Positions 29,101 to 38,090 of a DNA stretch of 64,000 nt are shown here, piece after piece (the stretch's first letter is position 1; each line of letters starts with the position of its first letter). The stretch is from Poseidonia sp. (GTDB lineage: Archaea; Thermoplasmatota; Poseidoniia; Poseidoniales; Poseidoniaceae), in NCBI GenBank assembly GCA_965661285.1, contig CBFIDD010000001.1:64001-128000 (forward strand), written 5' to 3'. The position numbers and the translations under genes are program-made. The notes beneath the pieces are model-generated. The model was not told the origin of the DNA, ran no database searches, and was given only the letters and a program-made list of their open reading frames with translations.

Positions 29101-32100
29101 TCCGGTGACGCGAGCACCCGATGGTTGAGGCACCTCAGCGAGCGGAATGCGAATCAAGGCTGCACTCTGATAGCCGCTGGATTGTTCTCCGATTCGAAGT
29201 GTGGTTGCGTTCTCGTGGGTGTCGTCTGAACCCGAACCGTTCTCGATGACATAGGTGTCGACAAAGTGGGGTGTGTTCAATTGAGGAAGTGCACCATGGT
29301 GCCGCAACTCGACGGAGGCTTTGGTTGAATTGAAGACGACCGTTTCTAAGTCGGGGACCTGGAAGTGGTAGGCAGAAGACCAGTTTCCAATTTGATTCGT
29401 TGCCGAGATGGCTCGAACTCTCCAGTACCACGTCTCCCCTTCTTCAAGGTCGGTCTGTTGCGTGTAGGTGGTGTTCGCCACATCGAACCCTGCATTGTTC
29501 CATGAGGTGTAGGTCAGACTGTTTGTGGAAGAAAAGTCGCTTTCTGTATCAAGTTGAACGATGTACCCTGCCAGCGGCATCGCCCCGGAATAATTCCAAA
29601 CGAGAGTTGGTGTTGTTATTGGCGTCAAATCAACCCCACTGCCGATGGACCATGAACCGTTAAGCGGCAGCGATGGAGACGGATCGGTTGGCAAGGCATC
29701 CGAACCCGGCACGTACACGAACGTCAACTCAGGGCGATTCGCCATCGAATCTTCTGCCGTGCTAAAGTAAGCGGTTCGCGCACCGCCCGAGCCTGCGCCA
29801 AGCATGCCAGCAATGAAATCCACCCTGCGGTCTTCACGCATGGCGTTTTGCACGGCGAGCGACACGTTCCACTGCACAGTATCGCCTTCTGAGAAGGTAC
29901 TGCCGAGGCTCACGCTGTCCAGAAGGGAACCACGGTCGGTTCCCTTTGCCCCAGCCGTATCCCAAGCGTTTGAACCATCATAGCTAGCCCACGTCGCATC
30001 CTCTGCGTTCCAGTTGTTTTGATGACTTTCCCACACAGCAACGGTTGGACTGCCAAACGTTGAGGACGTGAGTTTCATGCTCAGGTGGGCGGACTCAACG
30101 GCATATCCATCCGGAAGAAGATTCGAGACGAGATTGCAACCGATCAACCCTGTAATTTCTGCTCCCGACGGGTTGTAATCAACGGTCATTTCGGAGTCGC
30201 CGTCAAAATTATCGGTGGGTGCGGTGCTTTCGATGTAGGTGTCCATGCATTCAGGATATTGGTTGTCCTGCGAGCCGTTGCCGTGTTTCATTCTAAACTC
30301 GTATCGGTCACCGCCCAACCAAGTGCTCTCAGCATCGGAAACAAAGAAACTGGAACTGACCCACTGCCCGTAGTGATCGTTGCTGTCAACAGTGGCCATT
30401 CGCCAATAGTACATGTTGCCGGTTTCAAGTGTTCTCGAACCGTTCATCGGGAGCGTACCGTCTGTAGGGTTGAAGTCGTTGTCAACTCGGGTATCCACAA
30501 CCAATTCTTGGAGGCGGAAATCTTCGTCGGTTGCCAACTCAAATAAAATGTCGTGGCCCGATGAGGGAGCGGTCCAGTTCAGTGATGGTTGGGTGTTTCC
30601 TGACAGATTATGTCCCGATTGATTCCAAACGGCCAAACCGTCAACCGGAGCCGTCAGGTTCACCGGCGTGGGCGGGACACTGCTGCCCCACTCATAGGTG
30701 ATCGAGAAGGTGGGGGCGTTGGCGAGGTTCGCTGCCTCCGTGGAGTGGAACACAATGCCTTCGCCGTTGGTGTAACCTTCGAACTTTCCTCGGACGGCGA
30801 TCAGCATGTCGAGCGGTTCGCTATCACCACCGTTAAGGTAGTTCTGAACGGCATGGTCAAGGTCGAACGTGAAGGTTGAATCGGTTTGATTTCCGTCGGC
30901 AAGCGCCATGGTGGCTGTTCCGTTTGAACGACCGCCATCGTACCATTGGACACCGCCTGCAGACATGCGATTCCATGTCACCTCGGTTTCATCCCAAAGT
31001 CCTGATTCCTCCATGCCGTGGACGGACACCAGGGGGTTGCCGGTATACGAAGAGCGTGTCAACTCCATTTCGGCATTCACGATGGTCAAGTTATCGTGCA
31101 TCCCAAGTTGGTTCAGTGACGCACGGAGATGAATCAAACGTTCCTTGCTTGAGGTCATGCTTGCCTCAAGGGTTGTACCTGCACCCAAGGTTGTCGTTTT
31201 GCTGGTTTCGCTCACGGTCGCATCTTGAATAAAGTCATCCTCGAGCCCGGTTGCCGTAGGTCCGAACGTCATCGTTGCCGTGCCGTCGCCGTTGTCAACA
31301 ACGTTGTGTGCAGGGAGAAGGAAACTGGTGGTCTCCCAAGGCCCCCATTGACCGGATGTGTCGACGGCTCGCACGCGCATGTGCATCGTCGTGCCGTTGG
31401 AGAGCGAGAGCGATGAAGGAAGGACGTAAGAGCCGGTGGTACCTGTGGATGTAAAGGTGGACCACAGCGTTGAGAAATGCCAGTCTTCATCCGTTTCAGA
31501 GCGCCATTGCTCATCATTGCTGAGCTGAATCTCAACATCGGTTCCCGTGTTCGCATCGTAGCTGAGAAGCGGGGTTGTGACAGCCTGCAAAAGGAAATCA
31601 GATTTCATCCATGGCTCGCCGTCCTCAACTGGGAGTGCCGTGGAAACGGTTGCACCGCTCGTTGCGGCCGTCCCGTTGGTTGTATCCATGAGGAGACGAG
31701 GACGTTCCACCGGGTTGAGCGACTCCGACATCCCACAATCATAACTCGCACCGAAGGATGAGACGACGACAGAGAGGTACGGGAGATTTGATCGGGCAGA
31801 TTGTTGGGCAATGGAGGTGACGTTCAAGCTCAATGTGCCGTTTCCTGAGATGGTGGTTGGTGGCTCCCAAGCGCCCCGATCCCCCGTGCCGTCTGCGCCT
31901 GGCATCGTCCAAGGAGAATTGCTGGCAAAGGCAGTCCAGGAAGCGAACGAGCCGTTCCACGCGCGATCCACGGCGGCGACGAAAGCGGTCATTTCAGTGG
32001 AGGACAACGAGGTTGTTGTGCATGCCAATTCAACGCTTGCAACGTGGACCGTGTCACCGGCTGAGAAATTCATGGGAAACCGAAGGAGCAGGCGAGACTC

Positions 32101-32343
32101 CTGGCCGAGACCCGCCGAAAGGGTTCCCGTGGCCGAGGTGTTGTAAGTGGAGGTGGGCGAACTGGCCGTGATGTAGGTGTCTGCATGAATGGCGTGGGTT
32201 GAAATGGCTCGATGGACGGTGTTTTCCTCCTCCAATTGCGACCAGCCCTCCATGGTTTGAGGGAGCGAAAGGTCGGCGAAGATAAACATGAACACGAGCA
32301 AAAGCGCCGTGGCTCGGGGACGGACAATTCGTACGCTACGCAT
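23188..32343 (-). CDS. Giant (3051 aa) surface protein with about seven DNRLRE/CBM96-like modules alternating with FN3-like domains, then Ig repeats, TM and a cytoplasmic Pro/Gly- and Trp-rich tail
   Basis: Recurrent DTY/DAT...F-D-(V/L)-T...S(S/T)E...RP-x-L modules and P..L..P.DG...P.L.W / YWRVRA segments; TM YVGAGLLALVAVVLLGLGVMFMR. Confidence 0.85.
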   Translation of the reverse strand: MRSVRIVRPRATALLLVFMFIFADLSLPQTMEGWSQLEEENTVHRAISTHAIHADTYITASSPTSTYNTSATGTLSAGLGQESRLLLRFPMNFSAGDTVHVASVELACTTTSLSSTEMTAFVAAVDRAWNGSFASWTAFASNSPWTMPGADGTGDRGAWEPPTTISGNGTLSLNVTSIAQQSARSNLPYLSVVVSSFGASYDCGMSESLNPVERPRLLMDTTNGTAATSGATVSTALPVEDGEPWMKSDFLLQAVTTPLLSYDANTGTDVEIQLSNDEQWRSETDEDWHFSTLWSTFTSTGTTGSYVLPSSLSLSNGTTMHMRVRAVDTSGQWGPWETTSFLLPAHNVVDNGDGTATMTFGPTATGLEDDFIQDATVSETSKTTTLGAGTTLEASMTSSKERLIHLRASLNQLGMHDNLTIVNAEMELTRSSYTGNPLVSVHGMEESGLWDETEVTWNRMSAGGVQWYDGGRSNGTATMALADGNQTDSTFTFDLDHAVQNYLNGGDSEPLDMLIAVRGKFEGYTNGEGIVFHSTEAANLANAPTFSITYEWGSSVPPTPVNLTAPVDGLAVWNQSGHNLSGNTQPSLNWTAPSSGHDILFELATDEDFRLQELVVDTRVDNDFNPTDGTLPMNGSRTLETGNMYYWRMATVDSNDHYGQWVSSSFFVSDAESTWLGGDRYEFRMKHGNGSQDNQYPECMDTYIESTAPTDNFDGDSEMTVDYNPSGAEITGLIGCNLVSNLLPDGYAVESAHLSMKLTSSTFGSPTVAVWESHQNNWNAEDATWASYDGSNAWDTAGAKGTDRGSLLDSVSLGSTFSEGDTVQWNVSLAVQNAMREDRRVDFIAGMLGAGSGGARTAYFSTAEDSMANRPELTFVYVPGSDALPTDPSPSLPLNGSWSIGSGVDLTPITTPTLVWNYSGAMPLAGYIVQLDTESDFSSTNSLTYTSWNNAGFDVANTTYTQQTDLEEGETWYWRVRAISATNQIGNWSSAYHFQVPDLETVVFNSTKASVELRHHGALPQLNTPHFVDTYVIENGSGSDDTHENATTLRIGEQSSGYQSAALIRIPLAEVPQPSGARVTGAELSLFAQSGSAVDEPVAVRPSLQPWTTSANATTYDGTNNWSERGGRDIGVDLGEYVDLVDSVADDWMEFDVTEAVQAALANNQNFVSLVVYTASQTTDDIVITSTEGNAAQAPYLTLVWEAGSVATPTASGVNVGPANGAVVWDTASHALKADRTPTFSWTYNGTTTVSDWRVFIQTDANNDMAGLITYDSRITPAAFDTANLTFTPSSNLSFAQTIRWMVQPINNGMIGPRSNSSVFYLPNDVGEELNSTHATVSIQDGGMIPSIAYPAATSDTYLDNGNPYASQGSSSSLYVGLRPGSPITTYRTATLMSIDFSGLPLPSTYEVLDAHLELDAISTYRGTYVSVSQMITPWSESSVWAYPSGNTSSWQGTGAHHSGDSMPPFNSPQWVNATGTVSFNVTALVQHARAAGLSELNVLIQGEYVDGLWDGRVQFASSEASTLSLRPRLNMTYAVDTPWVVPSPANLQPVDGATLWDTSKPRPSGQNTSDFNWTASYTNQTRWVACVSPDSRMVDDLDCYTSDEILAGDHTNLTFDSTNLTITVANHSKGDEWVYWRVRADQGDRIGQWSAVNKYRNPEDQGSDDGSGNHTVVLSRGSIFDSTGDLPAVKDVEIDSNATVNRGGSTLVYLGANRLGTGQSSVLMEFDLTNIPWPAAMTPTQMMLRMYQTGIAGSSSTTVAAYACSGFSESTVLWISSPTCSTTEITRSTLSVGSPTGWVEWDLTSLAQSNIANGNTTMTFKLEMVGSTGSSHTLASSENSNASRHPHLVLQYVDNVAGILPPGQPVLNSPADGEVLYQENDGLLTSSTQPVLSWAPVAGATGYIVTISNETGVYKFKSWEDDEITNTSFRFGADLPDGQLFTWWVQAVNQSIPGPSSARWSFAIGAPNHVYNNDFTYTYTFQTGNEVSEYGHTNIQNTVLSSANPTNNFAGASTLSAGDFCGSSFTDECRINIGLNAAQIPFAQYQQVHSASLGLYLESWTFDQGATSVSFSVHPLLATNWAASSATWDGTTSGASWGAPGMQLGVDYGDAISSTTATIGASGWVWFDISTAGMTITGEEAWIIIATPNTGHAHASFHSGSAANADYRPKVLFNTTNITTVSISPTGSLTTDADTPVNFNSIAYDHQAMVRAPPMTWSASSGSIGTNGLFTPTTTGTVTISSCFGLVCGTQSITVTAGAPTDLIVTPLSANITADETLTITAHMVDQHGNMVPGEPITYSPTNGSMSAVVPNIFQPYAIGTHVVRVAHGVPSGDYVDVSVTVEAGAPSYFELGGCEGTVPAGIECAISIDLYDQFGNALNVSEAGNLTWTTTNGNYSESNQEYFPDHVGVWWLNLTSVSGAAGQLQIDVGHGAIDYLELNASSTSITADERVYINTTRVDVRGNRLAVVLPASNWTKTSDGQLTPGAPAIWDPIKTGSKLLEARYENELTQIIIDVERGQTQTLRITVDNEIATWQHFDITADDTLEAKIFAIDAKGNQWSVPESNWSLDHPTITDASNFLEVLSGDATTFTPYYASDLPYMLTASYSDANTDLSVSINITVDHGMLNTVTVEAVANDPLQSTGAVIEITSDFAIDFTSELFDTDNNQISSDELTWLEVNVESGESRDITTQLLLDAMRWEATTVGEWRIEAYSISGTGFNISDSVSITVLHGEAVTVAADLSTTTPTAGDRVDIQVTGTDADGNQFAQDVAWTENGQTVPTLSIITSSEGTYTYDAEVAGVHTLEYSVGGAMSTAEITVAAQNIVARLEVNLSTDSLEQLESLDVSIRAFDAFDNEISVPGSVQVEATGRGTAMMTSSDQWTVTTLDDGPQTITVSVGAVRVNEEISVTGNFQGFFEAGGTLYYVGAGLLALVAVVLLGLGVMFMRNGGSGDWDDDDYDDDDDDRPSGPTGPAPGPTGPAPGPTGPAPGPTGPAPGPSGPSADEPPAEEEVEKELETTFDEDGVEWWEDEDGAWWYRNPGEEEWQEYTD
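23338..23436 (-). repeat. Coding 21-bp tandem repeat encoding (GPTGPAP)x4 + GPSGP
   Basis: Four 21-nt units with synonymous variation in the cytoplasmic tail of the 3051-aa protein. Confidence 0.9.
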
Positions 32344-32492
32344 GGGACTCGTTCCTTACACCACTCCCCATTATAGGGACTTTTCCCTCTCGGGGATTGA
32401 GGCTTTGGCGAGCGAGGAAGAAGCGTTGAGGGGATGAGACGTCGTATCACCATGCGAATGTTGAAGGAGGCTCGTCAACGAGAAGGGAGGGT

Positions 32493-33449
32493 ATGAGCGA
32501 ACTTTGGGTCGAAAAGCACCGCCCCCAATCGGTGTCCCAAATCAAAGGTCAAGCGGCCGTCGTTCAGCGATTGGGAACCTATGCGGGAAACAAGAATTTC
32601 CCGCACCTCTTGTTCGCTGGACCTCCCGGCACGGGCAAAACAACAGCGGCCATGGCCTTGACAAAGGACATCTTTGGTGAGGCGTTCCGACAAAACCTGC
32701 TTGAAATGAACGCTTCTGACGAGCGCAAGCTTGAGAGCATTCGCACCAAGGTCAAACAATTCGCCCGTACGCAGCCTTACGGCGGCGCGGCCTTCAAAAT
32801 CATCTTCTTGGACGAGGCCGATGCGTTGACCAACGATGCGCAGGGAGCACTCCGTCGCATCATGGAGCAGTATGCGGAAACATGTCGCTTTATCCTCTCA
32901 TGCAACTACTCCTCGAAGATCATCGAACCCATTCAGTCCCGCTGTGCGGTGTTCCGTTTCCGACCGCTGTCCGATGCGGACGTCGCCTCTCAAGTCGTCC
33001 ACGTCGCCGAACTCGAAGCGTTGACGCTCGAAGAGGGGGCCGTTGAAGCGTTGACGCGTATTTCTCAAGGTGATTTGCGAAAAGCCCTCACCGCCCTTCA
33101 AGTCGCTGCCGCCCTCAACACCACGGTTGGACGGGAACTGGTCTACGAAACCTCTGCTACAGCACCGCCGGAGGCGCTTCACAACTACCTCATGGCGTGT
33201 CGTGACGATGGATTCCACGTTGCCCGACGGCGCCTACGAGAACTGTTGGACAAGTTTGGTTTGGCCGGTACCGATTTTGTCAACCAGCTTCACCGAGAAT
33301 TGTACAGCGCGGACTTCCTCGGCGAGCGGTCAAAACTCGCCCTGACCGAATGGATGGCCGAAATTGATTATCGTCTTGTTGAAGGGGGCGGGGAACAGAT
33401 TCAACTCGATGCGTTGACGGCTCAAATCGTTCAACACCTCCATGCCTGA
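32493..33449 (+). CDS. rfcS: Replication factor C small subunit
   Basis: WVEKHRP, GPPGTGKT, EMNASDER, IFLDEADALT..AQ.ALRR.ME, SRC; no intein. Confidence 0.95.
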   Translation: MSELWVEKHRPQSVSQIKGQAAVVQRLGTYAGNKNFPHLLFAGPPGTGKTTAAMALTKDIFGEAFRQNLLEMNASDERKLESIRTKVKQFARTQPYGGAAFKIIFLDEADALTNDAQGALRRIMEQYAETCRFILSCNYSSKIIEPIQSRCAVFRFRPLSDADVASQVVHVAELEALTLEEGAVEALTRISQGDLRKALTALQVAAALNTTVGRELVYETSATAPPEALHNYLMACRDDGFHVARRRLRELLDKFGLAGTDFVNQLHRELYSADFLGERSKLALTEWMAEIDYRLVEGGGEQIQLDALTAQIVQHLHA

Positions 33450-33515
33450 TTCACTTTCAGTTTTCACGGGGGGGGTCAACGCAACAGAACAGTAGGGGAG
33501 CCGTGAGGGCGTTGC

Positions 33516-33692
33516 ATGCCTCACGTCATATCTCAGGTCGAAGAAGCGCTTTGTTGGACCGTTTTCGCACCCCTTGTCCGTGCAAGGCGGCGACGACTCG
33601 AACGTCGTGTCTCACGAGAACTTCACGACAGGGCCAAGATTGACCGTGTCCTCAACGACATCGTTGAACAGCACGCCGACCTACTCTGCTGA
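33516..33692 (+). CDS. Small hypothetical protein (58 aa)
   Basis: Below the ORF-track cutoff: MPHVISQVEEALCWTVFAPLVRARRRRLERRVSRELHDRAKIDRVLNDIVEQHADLLC*. It has a GTGAGGG SD-like sequence upstream, fills the intergenic gap, and overlaps the convergent gene by 12 nt. Confidence 0.55.
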   Translation: MPHVISQVEEALCWTVFAPLVRARRRRLERRVSRELHDRAKIDRVLNDIVEQHADLLC

Positions 33693-34589
33693 CGTGGCTG
33701 GCGGATTGACCGAAAACGTCCACGTGTACGTGCGCTTGTTTTCCCAGGGGTCGCCCTGCTCGACGATCTCAACAAGAATGGTGTGGTCGCCCACAGGCAA
33801 ATCCTCTCCCAAGAAAATCGCAAACGGCATGTCAAGGTCTGTATGGGGCAGCAAGATGGGTGCGGACTTGTTTTCGGCGGTTCGCCAAGTTCCAATTTCC
33901 GTGCCGTGCTCTTCCCAAAACGAAGCGTTTGAATCAATCACCACCTCTGTGTTTTGGTATTGATGAACGACGGTGACGTTGGCACCCGTATCGTCAACAT
34001 TGTCAGCCAAACCAAACAGTACCCACGCACCTCCCTGGATGTACTCGCCTTCCTCCAACGTCCAGGTGTTTTCTCCTGCGTTGACCTTGTCGGCGAAGAT
34101 GTATGTTCCGTCGTGCTCAATCACCACGCCCCATTCATCCGCAAGTTGAGGTGCCACGATATCTCCGAACGGGGGATTGACCACCAAAAACGAAAGCGAG
34201 AGGAACGTAAAGGTGTAGAGGAAGAAAGCCTTGAACCACGTACCTTTGGTGTAATGTTCCTTGAAGCGTTCTGGCATGACCATACGGTGAATCTGTGGGA
34301 TGAGAATCAACATGGTGAGGGGCAAAATGTAGAGGACGTCCGTCTTGTCAAGGGTGGTCGATGGCATCAATACAAAACGCATCATCATCGTGACGATGAA
34401 CGCATATGCGATGACGAGCCACATCGAAGCGGTCTCAGCTCGCTCCTTGTTGACATATTTCACGGGATCAAACGGTTCGATGCCAAGGTCGGCTCCCGAG
34501 CGGCGTTTCTTCTTCTCAGCGTTCTTGGCCCCATCACGCTTCATGCGCTCGGCTTGAGCCGCCGCCATGGCCGTTTTGAGGTCCACCAT
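33681..34589 (-). CDS. Hypothetical membrane protein (basic N-terminus, 3 TM, extracellular beta domain)
   Basis: Lys/Arg-rich N-terminus, three hydrophobic helices, then ..D.VAPQL and an acidic beta-rich domain. Confidence 0.75.
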   Translation of the reverse strand: MVDLKTAMAAAQAERMKRDGAKNAEKKKRRSGADLGIEPFDPVKYVNKERAETASMWLVIAYAFIVTMMMRFVLMPSTTLDKTDVLYILPLTMLILIPQIHRMVMPERFKEHYTKGTWFKAFFLYTFTFLSLSFLVVNPPFGDIVAPQLADEWGVVIEHDGTYIFADKVNAGENTWTLEEGEYIQGGAWVLFGLADNVDDTGANVTVVHQYQNTEVVIDSNASFWEEHGTEIGTWRTAENKSAPILLPHTDLDMPFAIFLGEDLPVGDHTILVEIVEQGDPWENKRTYTWTFSVNPPATSAE

Positions 34590-34711
34590 GAACCGTTGGG
34601 AGGCGAGCAAGTGTTAGAACACTGCGGTTGATTTTAGTTCAACAGGGATGGGTTTCCTCCGGATTGTTCTTCCGATTTGTTCAAAGAGGGAAGGGCTCAC
34701 CCACGGGACAG

Positions 34712-34841
34712 GCCGGGGTGGCGTAGTTGGTAGCGCGTCGGACTCATAGGGCAGCCTCCAAGGCGATCGTATGACGTGCAAGCCCCTTGTGGTGTCTGAG
34801 ACATCCGAAGGTCGCGGGTTCGAGCCCCGCTCCCGGCACCA
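34712..34841 (+). tRNA. tRNA-Met(CAT), elongator, with a 54-nt intron (34749-34802) at the canonical 37/38 position; CCA encoded
   Basis: Acceptor GCCGGGG/TCCCGGC-ACCA; anticodon arm TCGGA-CTCATA|intron|A-TCCGA; bulge-helix-bulge CTCA/TGAG with TAG and ACA bulges; T arm GCGGG-TTCGAGC-CCCGC. It lacks the initiator A1-U72 pair. Confidence 0.92.
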
Positions 34842-34901
34842 TACGGTTCACTCCCATGCTCAACCCACATATACTTGGTTTCGTTGGACGGGACGAACGA
34901 C

Positions 34902-35600
34902 ATGACTGAACCGCTCCTCGCCATGAACGATGTCCAGCGCTACTACGAAACGCCTGCAGGAACGGTCAAGGCGCTTGACGGTGTAAGTTTCGAAATTCAC
35001 GAAGGCGAGCGTGTGATTTTGCTCGGGCCATCCGGCTCCGGAAAAACCACCCTCCTCAATTGCCTCTCGGCGTTGGACAGTCCTACGGGAGGGTCCTACA
35101 TTTTCCTCGGCGAGGAGGTTCCCCGTCATCACTCGGAAAAAATGACCTCGTTTCGAAGAGACAACATCGGTTATGTGTTCCAATTCTTCAATCTCCTCCA
35201 GGACCTCACCGTTTTGGAAAACATCCTTCTCATCCAAGAACTCGCCGGAAAGAAAGACCCGGCTCGGGCCAAAGAATTGCTTGAACTCGTCGGGCTTCAG
35301 GCAGAGATCAACCGGTTCCCCGGAGAGATCAGCGGCGGTCAGCAACAACGTGTCGCCATCGCTCGAAGCATCGCCAAGCGACCCACGTTGCTTCTGGGGG
35401 ATGAATTGACGGGCAACCTCGACACGGAGACCTCAAACAAGGTCATGGAGGCTTTGGTCAGTGCATGCAAGCAAGAAAACATCACGTCGGTCTTTGTCAC
35501 CCACGACGAGGGACTGGTTCGTTATGCCACCCGAGTGATTCGCATCGACAGTGGGAAAATTGTGTCGGACGAGCGCCTCACCAACGATGAAGAAGCTTGA
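34902..35600 (+). CDS. ABC transporter ATP-binding protein (LolD/MacB-like)
   Basis: GPSGSGKTT, FQFFNL, ISGGQQQRVAIAR, DELTGNLD, VTHD. Confidence 0.92.
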   Translation: MTEPLLAMNDVQRYYETPAGTVKALDGVSFEIHEGERVILLGPSGSGKTTLLNCLSALDSPTGGSYIFLGEEVPRHHSEKMTSFRRDNIGYVFQFFNLLQDLTVLENILLIQELAGKKDPARAKELLELVGLQAEINRFPGEISGGQQQRVAIARSIAKRPTLLLGDELTGNLDTETSNKVMEALVSACKQENITSVFVTHDEGLVRYATRVIRIDSGKIVSDERLTNDEEA

Positions 35601-35609
35601 GGTGGAATC

Positions 35610-38051
35610 ATGTCAAACCTCCTCAACAAACGCTTGGCGAGAAGCCTGTGGCGCACAAAATTGCGCCTTGTGGCCGTTGTCCTGATGGTCTCCGTTGGCG
35701 TGTTTGCCGGCATCACCTTCGGCGGCTATTCGCACAACGTCGAAGGCATGTACGAGACCCTCCAGGCCGACGATGAGGGCGGAGCCAACCTGGCTGACCT
35801 TTGGATTGACAACCGAAGCACCTCGTGGTCAGCAGAAGAGGTGAACACCTTCTGCAGTGCCCTTGAAACGTCATGGCCAGCCGCGATGCCCTCACTCGAT
35901 TCATGCGAATCTCGCAGCATCGTCCAAGGCACCATGTTCCACACCAACGAGACGGGAACCCACATCATCAACTCACTCTGGCACGGCATCCCTGCCGACG
36001 CCAATGCCGACAAAGTGTGGATGCCAAACGGCCATTCCGAGGGTCGGGTGGCTTCGAGTGCGAATGAAATTGTCATCGACGCGCACGTCGTTGAGGCACT
36101 GGATTTGTCACTCGACGATACGGTGACCATCAGCGCTGGTAGCGCATCGCTTGACTTCACCATCGTGGGCATCGGTTATCATCCCCTCCACGTCTTCATG
36201 GCCCCCGAAGGCTCGCTCTTTCCTCCCGAAGCAGGTCAGTATGTTGTTGGCTACGTCTCCGACAGCGGCATGGCGAGGCTGACCAACACCTCCCTTGGTG
36301 CCAGCAACACCTTGCTCTTGGATGTCGAAGGCACGCCTTCGTTTGACCTCCCGGACACAGAAGCCTACGAGGGAGATGAAATCGACGACGTCAAATCACT
36401 CGTGACCGACGCTTTGGCGTCGGCTGCCTTGGACGGCCGCATCCGGGACCGAGGGCAAAACGAGCCGGTTGAAATCATGCGTCAAGATCTTGAGAGCGCC
36501 AAGCGCACCAGTGTACCCTTCACGGTGATGATCGCAGCCATCGCAGCCATCACCATCGTGCTCAGCCTTCAGCGCTTGGTACAAAGTCAGGCAAAGGAAA
36601 TCGCTGTTCTTCGAACCCTTGGCGTCAATCGCACCTCCATGATGACCGGCTACCTCATCGCACCGGTCGTCATCGGTGCTGTTGGGTGTGTGCTCGGTGC
36701 CTTGGTGGGGCCGTGGGGCGTCAACGGCATGCTCGATTTCTATGAGGGCATCGTTGGCCTCCCCATCACCGACCGTGAAGTCCCGCTTTCGTTGTACATG
36801 GCCACCACCCTTCCAACGATGTTGGTGGTGTTCCTCTCCGGGGCCTTCCCCGCGTGGAAATCCAGTCGGCTTGACCCACTCGAGGTGTTGAGCGGCCAAA
36901 ACCAGATGAGGGTCGGGTCAAACCTGCTTCGCCGCATGACAGCATGGATGCCGACGACGTTGGGCTTGTCCATCCGCTCCAGCGTCCGCAAACCCATCCG
37001 CCTCTTCATGACCTTCCTTGCCGTTGGCATCTCGCTGATGCTCTTCGGGTCAGTGCAGATGATGTCGGCCGGTTTGGAAGACACCATCGTCGGAGGACTT
37101 GAAGAACAGCAATCTTGGGATGCGCAGGTCTACATTTCCGACGGCGGGGAAGCGGACATTATCGCTTGGGCGGACGAACGCGGGGTTACTTACGAATCGT
37201 TGATCGAGACACCCCTTGGCTCTGTTGAGGACGCCGATGGATTGGAACGTGTCTTCACGCTCGTCGGGTTTGACACCTTTGAGGAAGGCATGCGTAGCGT
37301 CAACATCATTGAGGGAGAACAGCCGCAGGTATCCAGTACCGTCAGTCAGGTGATGGTGGATGAAGGCGCCATGAACTTCCTCGGATGGAACGTCGGTGAG
37401 GAGCACACCGTTCTGGTCAACGGGGCAGAACATGAGGTCAGCGTTGTCGGTGTGTCGCGAGGCGAATTGGCCCGCACCATGTACTTCCTGCGAGCGGACT
37501 TGAGTGAATCGTTGGGCGTCAATGCCACCTCGATGTACCTCGCATTCCCGGACGGTGTGGAGGTCGATGCCTCCCTCGCTGAGATGTCCATGGGCGTGGT
37601 TGAACGTCAAACGCTCATTGACGGCATGAACAGCCTCATCGACCAGCAGACCCAAATTTTCCAAGCGATGATGTATCTCGGCCTGTTGTTCACCATCGCT
37701 GTCATGTTTAACACGATGATCATGAACATCGCCGAGCGAGACTTTGAACTCGCCACCCTTCGTGTTCTCGGAGCATCAACGCGGAGTCTTGGATTCATGT
37801 TGCTCTTTGAAAGCCTGCTCATCGGCTTCATCGGCGGACTGGTCGGTGTTGCCTTCGCCTACGGCGGAGCGGTGGGGTTGGCGGCCTCGTTTTCTTCTTG
37901 GCAGTTCTATGTCGCCATCGTCATCGTACCAAGCGTGGCCTACCAACTGATGGCGGCTGTGATGATCGTCGCCGTAGCCATGACTCCCATCGGCATTTGG
38001 CGCCTGCGCCGGATGGACTTGGTTGAGAAAGTCAAGGACCTTTCTCAGTGA
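35610..38051 (+). CDS. FtsX-like ABC permease (duplicated MacB-type)
   Basis: Two FtsX-type halves (QAKEIAVLRTLG; RDFELATLRVLG) with large extracytoplasmic loops; GAGGTGG SD. Confidence 0.88.
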   Translation: MSNLLNKRLARSLWRTKLRLVAVVLMVSVGVFAGITFGGYSHNVEGMYETLQADDEGGANLADLWIDNRSTSWSAEEVNTFCSALETSWPAAMPSLDSCESRSIVQGTMFHTNETGTHIINSLWHGIPADANADKVWMPNGHSEGRVASSANEIVIDAHVVEALDLSLDDTVTISAGSASLDFTIVGIGYHPLHVFMAPEGSLFPPEAGQYVVGYVSDSGMARLTNTSLGASNTLLLDVEGTPSFDLPDTEAYEGDEIDDVKSLVTDALASAALDGRIRDRGQNEPVEIMRQDLESAKRTSVPFTVMIAAIAAITIVLSLQRLVQSQAKEIAVLRTLGVNRTSMMTGYLIAPVVIGAVGCVLGALVGPWGVNGMLDFYEGIVGLPITDREVPLSLYMATTLPTMLVVFLSGAFPAWKSSRLDPLEVLSGQNQMRVGSNLLRRMTAWMPTTLGLSIRSSVRKPIRLFMTFLAVGISLMLFGSVQMMSAGLEDTIVGGLEEQQSWDAQVYISDGGEADIIAWADERGVTYESLIETPLGSVEDADGLERVFTLVGFDTFEEGMRSVNIIEGEQPQVSSTVSQVMVDEGAMNFLGWNVGEEHTVLVNGAEHEVSVVGVSRGELARTMYFLRADLSESLGVNATSMYLAFPDGVEVDASLAEMSMGVVERQTLIDGMNSLIDQQTQIFQAMMYLGLLFTIAVMFNTMIMNIAERDFELATLRVLGASTRSLGFMLLFESLLIGFIGGLVGVAFAYGGAVGLAASFSSWQFYVAIVIVPSVAYQLMAAVMIVAVAMTPIGIWRLRRMDLVEKVKDLSQ

Positions 38052-38090
38052 AGCGATTGATTCATGAGGCGACTGCTACACCTTGCTTCT

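Noticed and set aside
32493-33449. Intein in RFC small subunit (a common archaeal intein host)
   Set aside because: Length (318 aa) is normal and the motifs are contiguous.
34749-34802. tRNA-Met intron as a box C/D guide RNA (ATGA...CTGA)
   Set aside because: There is no proper RTGATGA C box, and the CTGA is explained by the BHB helix.
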